From the NCBI GenBank assembly GCA_965644265.1, contig OZ286474.1, forward strand, positions 61,690,001 to 61,754,000: DNA of 64,000 nt, read 5' to 3'. A model generated the notes under the pieces. The model was given only the letters and a program-made list of their open reading frames with translations. It made no database searches and had not been told where the DNA came from. Origin of the DNA: Glycera tridactyla (taxonomy: Eukaryota). Below are positions 51,400-61,620 of the stretch, piece by piece (positions within the stretch are counted from its first letter, which is position 1; every line of letters begins with the position of its first letter). Position numbers and translations under genes: made by a program.

Positions 51400-52083
51400 T
51401 CACTTAGGAACATAAACAATTGTACTCTCATCAGGGAATATTTTAGATCTAAGCTGATGCTGACGAATGCGACGTGGGGATCGATCAATAACTAAATATC
51501 CATAATCTTCAGAAATTGCATCCTTATACGCATTGACCAACTGTTTGCATATCCCCATCTGTTTCCCTAAAATCTCGATGTGGAGAAGATCAGAACATTC
51601 AAACAAAATGATGTAATGCGCATTCATATTAATTGTTCTGCTAGCCTTCCCTTGACAAAAAAAATTTTGGTTGACATATAAAACAGACAAATTTTTATGG
51701 TGTGAACCTCTAGTGAATAAGGTTTGAACACTTTTACTTTCACTTATGGACTGCATTAAATCATCGAGAATTATAATACAATGTCCAGCGCCTTTTCTGA
51801 ACTCATCAATGTGCTCCTCGGTTGGTATTCCTTCGTGGAATTCTATTCGCTGCGATATTGTCTGCATGTCAGTAAATACTGGTTGAAAAATCGCGTAGCA
51901 GTATAAGACCCGTTCTGGTATCTCATCTGGGAATAGTGCGGGAAGATGCTGCAATAGTCTTCTTATCCATGTTGTTTTACCAGACTGGGTGCACCCGGAG
52001 AGAACCATGGTCGTTGGTGCGTGGAATGGATACATTCTCTTTGAGCAGCTTGTGGTTGACTGTGACAGTTTGCGCACTGTCAT
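51400..52083 (-). CDS. A32/FtsK-like DNA packaging ATPase
   Basis: Walker A GCTQSGKT, Walker B IIILDD, FTRGSHH, NQN, IN.NAHYIILF, YGYLVID. Confidence 0.95.
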   Translation of the reverse strand: MTVRKLSQSTTSCSKRMYPFHAPTTMVLSGCTQSGKTTWIRRLLQHLPALFPDEIPERVLYCYAIFQPVFTDMQTISQRIEFHEGIPTEEHIDEFRKGAGHCIIILDDLMQSISESKSVQTLFTRGSHHKNLSVLYVNQNFFCQGKASRTINMNAHYIILFECSDLLHIEILGKQMGICKQLVNAYKDAISEDYGYLVIDRSPRRIRQHQLRSKIFPDESTIVYVPK

Positions 52084-52264
52084 ACATTATATATTTCAGT
52101 TTCTCGGACAGAATTCGATTCAGCATTCTCTCACTTTTTTCTACTCTACGCTGGAAATGCTGTCTGTCAATGGCAATTTGCATCCATACCCCTTTCCGTT
52201 CTTCTTCTGCCCCAGAGGGAATGAAATGTTGCTGCAACTCGTCGGAGAAAGCAACATGCGGCAT
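51977..52264 (-). CDS. GADD34/ICP34.5/DP71L-like PP1 regulatory protein (eIF2alpha phosphatase adaptor)
   Basis: HVAF (RVxF-type PP1 motif) followed by RKGVWMQIAIDRQHFQRRV, matching the RxGxWxxxAxDRxRFxxRI eIF2alpha-binding consensus at 1 substituted position. Sits in the gap between pPolB and the ATPase, co-oriented, ATG with A at -3. Confidence 0.8.
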   Translation of the reverse strand: MPHVAFSDELQQHFIPSGAEEERKGVWMQIAIDRQHFQRRVEKSERMLNRILSEKLKYIMYDSAQTVTVNHKLLKENVSIPRTNDHGSLRVHPVW

Positions 52265-52389
52265 TATAGAAGCAGTATAGACTGAACTGCGCTAATACAA
52301 CTGCTTTCCCGAATGAAAATGGATTTCCAAGTAAAACCATACTCATGATCCTCCAGTATGACTGAAAAGATTGAACGTGATTAGCACAT

Positions 52390-55300
52390 TCATGCACGTC
52401 CATCCTTCGCTGAGGTTAAATGTTTCTGTCTCACAATGTGCCAGATCAATCCCATTTTATTTTGTCCTGGAGCGGAATCCCGATTGCGAACTAGGGCTAC
52501 TCTCTCATTCAATCCGCAGCTGAACCACCTTTCTCTAGCATGTGTGTGCACGAAAATTAGTTCTCTGTCTTTAGTTTGAAGTAATACTGCTTTTATTTGC
52601 GGATACAATCGGGTTTTTGCTAAACTAATTTGAAGTAAAACATTATCACATTGTCTCAACCATTCTTCACTGGATTTTATCTCATTATCTATCTTTAGGA
52701 GACTGTCTGTGCTGTTCGCGATGATTGCATCTGATATGAATTCAACTGCTGAGTGGAACAGTGCTTTTTGATGAACAAATCCCTGCAATATTGACTCATA
52801 GGTTGTATGATTATCATTCAAAATGAAGATTCCTTGATGAAATGGGGATAGTATATGACCAGAGTTGAAAACATATAAATCTCTATCATCAATTGGAGAG
52901 AGGAGAATGTCTAAGGGTTTGGTATTTATCCCATCATCTAATACCATTCTTTTGCAATAAAAGTATGAAAAACCACACTTTCTTTGTTTGTATGTGTAAA
53001 CAGTGCCATTTCTCGCTCTGATCCCTTGATTTATATGCATCACAGGTTGTGCTGTTTCAATCACAGATCTGAATATAGACAAAGCATCAGTTAATGTTGA
53101 TTTGTTCACACCTTTACAACTAACCTTATTCCCATTATCACTCTTCAATAGATAACATTTGGATGATAACGCAATCATTTCATCACCACGCGCCTCTTCC
53201 TTAAACAATCCTGGGGTACGAGAATCCAGTTTTGCATGTTTTGTACAGCAGGACCTCGTGAACCAAATATCTCTCCCGTTAGGAATGAAATTGGAATTAT
53301 CATCACATTTCTGCAATGTCATGTGCTCCAGCTTTTCTTTCATGTGCGGTTTCACTGCATCTGCAAATGTTTCAGAGCTGAGTGCCATGTAGGCAGAATC
53401 TGTATCCATTTCTATGTATTGATAATCCTTCCTATTAACATAAACATCAACAAAATCATAATAGAAAGAAAGCATATGCATTTTCGCATATTGCAGCACA
53501 AAATAACCCAGCTGGATTGGGAGATTCATTGTAATTGAACGTGGACTCATTTCAAGTTCATATAGATCATGTGTCAATTCGGTCATTGATCTGAATTTCG
53601 GATCATTCATTTCAAAAAGTAGCTCATTTTCACTTTTGACATATTTAATGTTCTGATACTTTGTCTTCTCGATCAAGAGACTTCCGTATGAACTGTTCCC
53701 AAGGAGTTTCATTGCCTCGCCTATAATTGCCATATCTGGATTTTCATCACCTAGTCTTCGTGCTTTGGTTACATTTTCCTGAAACGTCTTAAAACATGGA
53801 GATTTTGAATACTCAACAACTTGATGAACCTGTGTTACATATAAACCATGAAGCAGATACCACCTCAGCAGAGGTGTTGCAATCAGCATGCGTCTTGCTT
53901 TCATTCCACCAACTAAACATTTTCGTGGGTTTGTGGAGAGATTATTTCTGTATGCATGGTTCTGCATATGCTCGCCTATGCTTTCAAATGGAATATCAAC
54001 TGTGCAGAACAGTGGAGTCATCTCTGAAAAGTATTCATATGGTGTGAGCTCAGTATCACTTTTTATTGTCCAAGATTCAGGTGTTTCAATATCAACTTCA
54101 ACGGCACCGAAGAGCTCTTCTGACACAACAGCTTGTATAATATCATCTTGAGTGGTGCTTTCCTTATGTTTTCTGTAGAAATTTGGGAGAAAATGATCTG
54201 CAGAGTTCTGAATTGATGGATCTGTTTTCATTTGTGTGATAAAATCACATTCCCACACATGAACAACTTTGTATCCAGAATGGGTTAGAAATGTCCTCCT
54301 TTCAACTGTTCTTTTATAGCGTTTTTGGAGATTCTTTACATCTTTGCTTGATGTCATTCTCCTATTCAACCAGCATTCATTTGGATCATGTCCATGCCAA
54401 TAGCATCCATCAAACTCGTAAACTGTATTGGCTTCAGGATCGAACCCGTCAACAAGGTAAGGTCCTATTCTAGTTTCAACTGCGTTATTCAGTTTGTGTA
54501 GTATGCAACTATTTTGCTGTTTTATTTGATACTCTAGCCAAATATACATCCTGAAAAACTTTTGTGCTATCACTGGTTTGAATTCATCTGCGGCAATTCG
54601 TCTGACATATATACCAGTTGGCATTGGTTGTGCGAGCGCCCAAAGATATAGTGCATTAGCATCATATCCTATCACACTCTTGCAAACCTTGTCACCTCTA
54701 ATCAAGGTTTCATCACATTTATGATGTCGTGTGAATATGATACTTGGACCACCAACAACATTTTTCTTGATTATATGATACAAGTCTTCATCATTATGTG
54801 ATATGAGACTAAAATAAGCTTTATTTTCTTTTGCAGATTGGAATAGGAGTTTTCGAGCAATGCCAGGTACGGATATTGCATTTTTGAAGATATCAACCCC
54901 CATTTTGAGATAGAACTGACGCATTTTCTCAGTTGCTTCAACAAAAGGACCGACATCTAAATTGTTATAATATATCAGAAAATCTCTCATAGTTTTCATT
55001 CCATTTTGTTCCCATATTTCCAATAGGCGGGTGTAATTTTCATGTCCAGTTTTAGGAGTGAGACCCTTACCATTCCAATTGGAAAATTCTTGCTCTAAAA
55101 TATTTGCTTGTTTCAAGCTTGAATAAAAAGCATCATAGCAAGGAAGAGCTTGTTCACTCAACTTTTCTGGTGTAGTCAACCATTCATATGGGAAGAAAGA
55201 TTTCTTTTCATCAATCCCAAAAGCCTTGAGAAATTTTACATAGCTAGATCCGGGGGCTAAGAAATGAGAGATGTCTAAAAAAATGAAATCATTCACAGCT

Positions 55301-55647
55301 ATGCAAGCATATGCAGAACCTTTCTTGATAACATTCACTTTTTCATCTGTTTCAGCTAAAAGCAGATCAATGAAGTATGCTTTGATCAAATTCAAATCAT
55401 ATCGCGCAGAGTTGAACCCAAGTACTGGAACCTGATGACAATATTTTTCAAAATCCTCACGTAGTTTTGTAATTTTCTTCAGTAGTATTTTGCAATTAGG
55501 GTTTGCTGTAACTGTAATTTCACCAGCTGACTGACACGCTGCATCGATAATCACTATGCCATTGTTTTCATCATTTCCAATACCACTGTCAGCAAGACTG
55601 GAGTGAACTCCATTGATAACAGCAGTATCATCTTCACCATCATCATC

Positions 55648-55681
<34 letters not shown>

Positions 55682-57888
55682 GAAGCAACAGCATCAGCTG
55701 TAGCACCAATTGTTATACTTGTACTGCTATCAGTAATGTCTGTACGTGGATTAATATCAATGTCATGAAATGTCACACGGTCTTCAAAGAACATATCAGT
55801 TTCTGAGATGGTTGAATTTTGATCATCAATAGCTTCCCATTTCTGTTTCAATGTATCCAGTTGTGTGAAAACATCTTTCCATTTTGCGTAGGACTGAGAT
55901 TTCACAGTTTGCACAATTTCAACTAGATACGCATGGAAAGATTGTAGCAGTTTTTTAGGATCTGAATCAATCAGACAGTTCGGTGTAGTGAATGTGTCAA
56001 CATTACTTGCTACACTCACAGAGATGGGAATATGCTCATGCTGCCATAGTAACTGTTCTGTCACCTGCTCATTCTTTGTGTTCAAAATTGCTTCGAAATC
56101 ATATACAATGAACCAATCAAAGTACTTTCTTTCATCAGCAATTTTGATACCGTATTCTTCAAGTCTCTCAAATATTGTTGTAGCATTTGAGTGAAACCCG
56201 CCTGAAAACTTCAATTTTGTCCCTGACGAACATACTCTTACATGCTGCTTCAGTTTTTTTCGAGTATTGAAATGACGGTGACAGCTAGGGCAAGCAAATT
56301 TCTTTGCATAATCAGAAAATGACTTCACATAACTCAAGTGTTTCTCATGCAAATTGAGATACATTTTATCATGGAACTTCGCACTGGAACTATACACTGG
56401 AGTGACTGAACCATCTGCATAGAGCATGAATACACCAACATTGATGCTGAAACATTTTTCAAAGGCAGGTAAGTCAGCAATTTCTATTCCACGATATTTC
56501 TTAGGATCAGTAGGGGGAGAATTTGCGCAGTTCCTCATCCACTGTTCATATAGTGATAACACATCTGCAGTCACTGGTCTAACTTTTTGTGATCTGTGTA
56601 CTGCAAGACATCTGAAAATGCATAATGAATCTTGATACGGCTCTCCAGTTCTTTTATCACACTCTAGAGAAATGATATGTGGATTAGACTTGATATAATT
56701 TGGGAGGGAACCTGCACCGAGGGTATATGCTGTTTTGTAGACTCGTATATTGATATTTGTGACAAGAAACGGTTTCCAGTCTGTGTTCGGTCTCTGCATT
56801 CTAATGTAGGACTCTACATCTATATCCCTTATACGATTCAAAACCTTATGGAGATCATCTTTATTTGTGATTAAAAGTGGAAAAGTGAAAATATTTGCAT
56901 TCTTGTATGGAACAAAGTAACGATATCTATCCCTATCTGTAGCAACATCAACATTTTCAGTGGAAGAAATCCGCCTCAATATCAAACCAAATGAGATGTT
57001 CACTTTGAAAGAATTTGATTGTTGGGAATAGATAGTGACTAAGTGTTGCGAAAGTTCATTGACACCGTTCTCCAAATCATTTGTTGGAAAGTTGTATGTG
57101 GAACTGAAACGTGCATGTCTATGCGGACGCAAAATATGCAGTTTGTTTCTGTTGTATACACTTTCTAATTCTGTATCTATCACCCCATCGTCATGCTGCC
57201 AAGGAGGCATGCTCCATGGATACGAATGAAGTTCAGCTGCACTCCCATCACCATGCATCATGTTCCTATGAATATACAACAAATGTGTCGTGCTGAACTT
57301 ACAGTCACAGTCATAGCATGAATAGCTTTGACGTGCTGTTTGTGTTGAATGAATAGCGAGATGTGGTGTGAGTTCAGCATGTGAAGGGAATGTTTCTTGA
57401 CATATGTGACAACTAACAGAACAGCAAGTCAATACATGATTCCTAAAATTCTGTGGACTGAAAAAATCCAAGTAGCATGTTTGACATCTATATCTCAACT
57501 GTCTCGAATGTTTCAATCGCATATGTTTTCTGAGATTGAAAATTCTAGTGAAAGTACATTGACATATCTCACATGAAAAGTGATTATGCTTTGAAGAAAT
57601 TACATGTTGTTGTATACCACTTGCGTTGACGTCTTTCCCAGCAGTAGAAGTAGAGGTAACAGTTGCCATAGGTATATTATTCCGTTCCTGGTATTCAGAT
57701 GAAGTTGATGGTTGCGATTGTACAGCTGTAGCACCCCTATTCCGTAATTCCATCCAACGTAAATTCACATGATGGTCATTCTGTAAATTGTTTTTTATCG
57801 CCCAATTTTCAAGTTCCTTTGGATCATTGAAACTGTTCACTATCGTGTTCATGATATATGAACTATCCTCATTCGAGAAGTACTCCAT
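52390..57888 (-). CDS. polB: Protein-primed family B DNA polymerase polyprotein (C2H2 fingers, terminal-protein region, 3'-5' exonuclease, polymerase with Vsr-like insertion, C-terminal NADAR-like domain)
   Basis: 1832 aa intact. ExoI YDFE, ExoII GFNSARYD, ExoIII YNNLDV, motif A YDANALY, motif B KLLGNSSYG, motif C EMDTDS. Confidence 0.97.
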
Positions 57889-58120
57889 GCTGATGTTTAT
57901 CGCCTATTAGGTTAGCAGCTATTTGGATGATAGCGTTAGAGTCTGAAACCTTCTGAAATAGTTCAAATGGAATCGAGAATGACTTCTTGTTTTTATAGTA
58001 AAACAAGACTAGAAGCACCTCAGATTTTTTTCTCACTTTTAGCTGAAGTTCAGGTGTGATGAAAATTAGAAATTGATTTTTCTCTGCAATGTCACGTTGA
58101 TCAAGCTGTGCTTGCGCCAT
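57869..58120 (-). CDS. Small protein, possibly PC4-like ssDNA-binding
   Basis: 83 aa overlapping the pPolB start. LQLKV...VLLVLFYYKNKKSFSIPFELFQKV...II resembles the PC4 beta-sheet plus KGISL...W..L helix pattern. Confidence 0.45.
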   Translation of the reverse strand: MAQAQLDQRDIAEKNQFLIFITPELQLKVRKKSEVLLVLFYYKNKKSFSIPFELFQKVSDSNAIIQIAANLIGDKHQHGVLLE

Positions 58121-58370
58121 CTATGGTATCGTAATCCTCCTCGTTGATTGTTTGTTGAGAGATGTTCCCAGTTGAAAATCCTTCAGTTTTTTTGTTGGAT
58201 AACCACGCTTGTCTATGTTTTTCCAGAGCTACTGCTCTTCTTTCAGCTAGCTGTTTCAACTCGATTGTTTGGAAACGTACTAACTGCTGTTTAACAATGG
58301 AAAGTTCCAACTGTAAATCCTCAATTTTTGCTTCCAGTGCTATAATTGTCTGAATGTATCGGTTAGTCAT
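58101..58370 (-). CDS. Small coiled-coil protein (probable start MTNRY at 58370)
   Basis: Heptads IIALEAKIEDLQLELSIVKQQL. First ORF of the minus-strand cassette, overlaps the next ORF. The track start at 58391 is TTG. Confidence 0.6.
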   Translation of the reverse strand: MTNRYIQTIIALEAKIEDLQLELSIVKQQLVRFQTIELKQLAERRAVALEKHRQAWLSNKKTEGFSTGNISQQTINEEDYDTIDGASTA

Positions 58371-58449
58371 ATTCTCCAAACAGGTACACAAGTTGCTCTA
58401 CTGCATTCAGCATGTGTAACTATATTACAGACAGGTGCAGCAGTCTGTA

Positions 58450-58455
58450 TTTATA
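58450..58455 (-). promoter_or_regulatory. TATA box candidate for the Polinton minus-strand cassette
   Basis: GCTATAAATAC ~80 bp upstream of ATG 58370. Confidence 0.45.
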
Positions 58456-58814
58456 GCATATCAACAACGTTCGCGTTTGTAGCATGACATGACATGCTGA
58501 CCTCATGCTTTATCAGATGAGGGTGTCAAAACATGCACATTCATCCTCCATTGCAATACACCGCATTTAGATTGAGTGTCATCAATGCAATAGTTTCTAC
58601 TATCAAATTGCGATGAGGTTGCAATCATTTACTAGTACCATTTACCATTTGACTGCGAGAAATAAGATCATGCAGAGCGCCATCTAGCGTGACAATCCAT
58701 TGAGTTACGCCCATGCGCTAGCGCCATCTAGCTTCACATGACGCGATAATTTATGCGGTGAAACCACGCGCTATTTGCACATGCGTACCAGATCTTTCCA
58801 CACCGCTGCCCAAA

Positions 58815-60423
58815 ATGAATCGTTGCTACGAAAACCGACATTGTCATTGTAATTGGGTAGGCAAGGCGTTGGAAATGTGGTGCACCGGTATTGGTCCGAA
58901 GGCGGGGTGGGAGAGAGATCAGGCGGAACGAATTTATGTTGATGGACAGCTCGTGTTTGATCGTGCAGCAGGTATGTTTCATTGCGCCTGAGCGATAATT
59001 GCTGTTCACCGTGTTCGAACGTTCTAGATCATGAATAGAGTAACAGGTGCTGACAGAGAATTTCAATTTGTTTACGGATGTTCATGTGTAGTTGAATAGT
59101 GACTAATCACGCCGTGTTAGAGTGAAGGAGGTTTGCCAATGATGGTTCGATGTAACTGCGCATAAAATGTTGATATGCGTGCGCGTGTGTGTACGCGTGT
59201 TTGTAGTTAACTTCATGATAAATGTGCAGAGTTGCTCGAGTTGAACCACGGATTATTTTCTCACATCTCTTGAGCGCAGACACAGTTTGATGAAAGGAAA
59301 AAATTAGCACACAGGTTACACTCAATCCACATTGAATGTTGATATTTAATTGATTTGTGGAGAAATTCCATTCTTTAAAAACTGAATGGTGCAAATGTAT
59401 TAATTCTAGTTTTTAAATGTGAATCTCATTTCAAGAGAGTGGGTTCACACCAACTTTTCTCTTGTCTAGTTGAAATATCAATTATAACATGGGGAAAAAT
59501 CACTCTACTTTTCTTATACATTTGAAAATTTCTGTTTGTTTCAGAACATGGAGTGACTACATCCGCTGCTATCATGGTGGATAAAGATGATCAATATGAT
59601 GTGAATGAGCGAAACATCATACTCTACACAGCTGTGTTCCTGGTTGTGCTAGCTGTGATCTTCATCACTATATGGATGGTTGTTAGTCCAAAAAGTGAGT
59701 ATAACTGCTTTTATTTATTCCTTTGAAATGGTTAAACGGATCAAATCTGTTAAACTGAAGAACAATCAACTGAGAAATAATTGCAAAGATTGGTTCACAC
59801 TTTCCAGGTGCTAAACTGAACTTGAGCTTTATGCTTGAGATTAAGACTTCAACATGATTTCTCATATCAAATCATATAGGAAATGTGCAATCCCTGATTT
59901 ATCTCATTCAAACAGTCTGTAACATTTCCAATTATTCATATAAGAATTAGCCAGATAAATACTCAGCAAATGAAAAGATCAGTCAGCATGAAGAGTTATC
60001 TCACAGATATGGAATTATATGGAAGAAGCAATGTGAACTTTGATTTGAAATGCAACATCAAAAAGTTCTTCATTTCTATTTTCAGTTGAGATCAGAGCAT
60101 GGATCAGGAGGAGGATGGTGTGCGGGAGGGATGCTGATGGAAACAGTGATTCAGTAGCTCCGATTGTTCCTGCAGCTGTTGCTACAACTTCTGTTTCTGA
60201 TGTCACAGCTCCAGCTGCTGCTAGTGTTGATGCAGCAACCGAACGAAGCAAAGATGGAGAGTGTATCAGGATGAAACGGTTGGAGAAATTCCAACCAGAT
60301 CCAACCCCGAGGAGATCACAAAGGTTGCAGAATACAGCAGAGGATGTCAAAAACATTGCGGATGCTGTAGGTGCATCTGCTAATGCTGCTGCAGCAGTTG
60401 TTGCAATTGGGAAGATGGTTTGA
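58815..60423 (+). CDS. Three-exon gene (58815-58971, 59545-59694, 60086-60423) for a 214-aa single-pass membrane protein
   Basis: caaaATG start; GCAG|gtatgt, tttcag|AA, AAAA|gtgagt, ttttcag|TT. Both introns are phase 1 and the spliced frame stays open. TM segment IILYTAVFLVVLAVIFITIWMVV followed by a basic patch (RAWIRRR). Confidence 0.8.
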
Positions 60424-60429
60424 TTCACT

Positions 60430-60610
60430 TGATGATATTTGCTGGAGCATTAATCATTTAGTTCCTTCAGCGCATTAGTATTAGACTTCTTAGTCCAACA
60501 ATATTTCAAAACGAGCAGGTATAATTCATTTGATGACATTTGCAGGAGCATTAATCATTTAGTTTCATCAGTACATTACTGCTAGTCTTCTTAGTCCTGT
60601 AATATTTCAA
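60430..60610. repeat. ~100-bp tandem duplication
   Basis: TTGATGA(T/C)ATTTGC(T/A)GGAGCATTAATCATTTAGTT occurs twice. Confidence 0.8.
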
Positions 60611-60789
60611 TATGACCAAGTGGTGAACATTGAAGCTACAAGCATAGCTTGGTTCTTTATTTCATGCAGGAATAATCATTATTCTACTTGCTGTCTGACT
60701 GTGCCATATGGATGTATTCATATGTCAGGTTTGCAAATATCTGTAAGTCCATGCTTGACAGACGAGTTGATGCAACAAATATCTCCCAC

Positions 60790-61620
60790 TCCAGTTTTTC
60801 TCTTGGTTGATTTTATATTTCATGCAGAATAGTTATAAAATTTGAACTCTGGAACAGATTGTCTATGCGATACGGTTTTGCACTTGCTAGATTTTATATT
60901 TCATGTAGAACAATTTTGAAATTCAAACAGAACAGAATGTAGATTCATGGTGAACAGAAAAGTTGGTGCAACAAATTAGAATGTAGATTCAAACCGAACA
61001 GAAAAGTTGGGACATCCAAACAGAATGTAGATTCCTTGTAAACAGAAAAGTTGGAACAGCAAATCAGAATATAGATTCAAGCTGAACAGAAAAGTTGGGA
61101 CACCAAATTTCTTCCTCTTCAATCTCATAAAAGTTTTCGCACTTGCCTGATTTTATATTTCATGTGAATGTTTTGAAGTATCTGTAGGGAAGTATCTGCA
61201 GGTTTAAACCGAACAGAAAAGTTGGGACATGGAAACAGAATGTAGATTCCGTATAAACAGAAAAGTTGGAGCAACAAATCAGGATATAGATCCAAGCTGA
61301 ACAGAAAAGTTGGAACACCAAATTTCCTCCTCTTCAATCTCATAAAAGTTTTGCACTTGCCTGATTTTATATTTCATGTGAATGTTTTGAAATATCTGTA
61401 GGTTTATTCCAAACAGAATATAGATTCATGCTGGCCAGAATAATTTCTTCGTTTTTATATTTCATCTGAACAGTTTTGAAATTTGAACTTGGAAACAGAT
61501 CTTCTATGCAATATGGTTGTTTTTATTTGTCTTGTTTCGAAATATCTGTAGTTACATGTCAAACAGAAAAGTTGGAGTAACAAATTCCATCCTCAACAAT
61601 CTCAGTAAAGTTTTTATCTG
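60790..61620. repeat. Degenerate nested tandem repeats
   Basis: Recurrent AACAGAAAAGTTGG / AACAGAATGTAGATTC and GCACTTGCCTGATTTTATATTTCATG modules. Confidence 0.8.

Larger units (their letters stand above)
46052..58391 (-). mobile_element. Polinton/Maverick (endogenous polintovirus/adintovirus); minimum extent, TIRs not located
   Basis: Tightly packed co-oriented pPolB, ATPase, integrase, minor and major capsid and cysteine protease ORFs, all uninterrupted. Confidence 0.97.

Noticed and set aside
46357-57296. Many 60-110 aa plus-strand ORFs across the Polinton
   Set aside because: Antisense shadows of long real ORFs, with no independent motifs
45521-58506. CATGCTGACCTCA at ~45521 and ~58496 as Polinton TIR remnants
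   Set aside because: Direct rather than inverted orientation, only 13 bp, no AG-rich terminus or TSD
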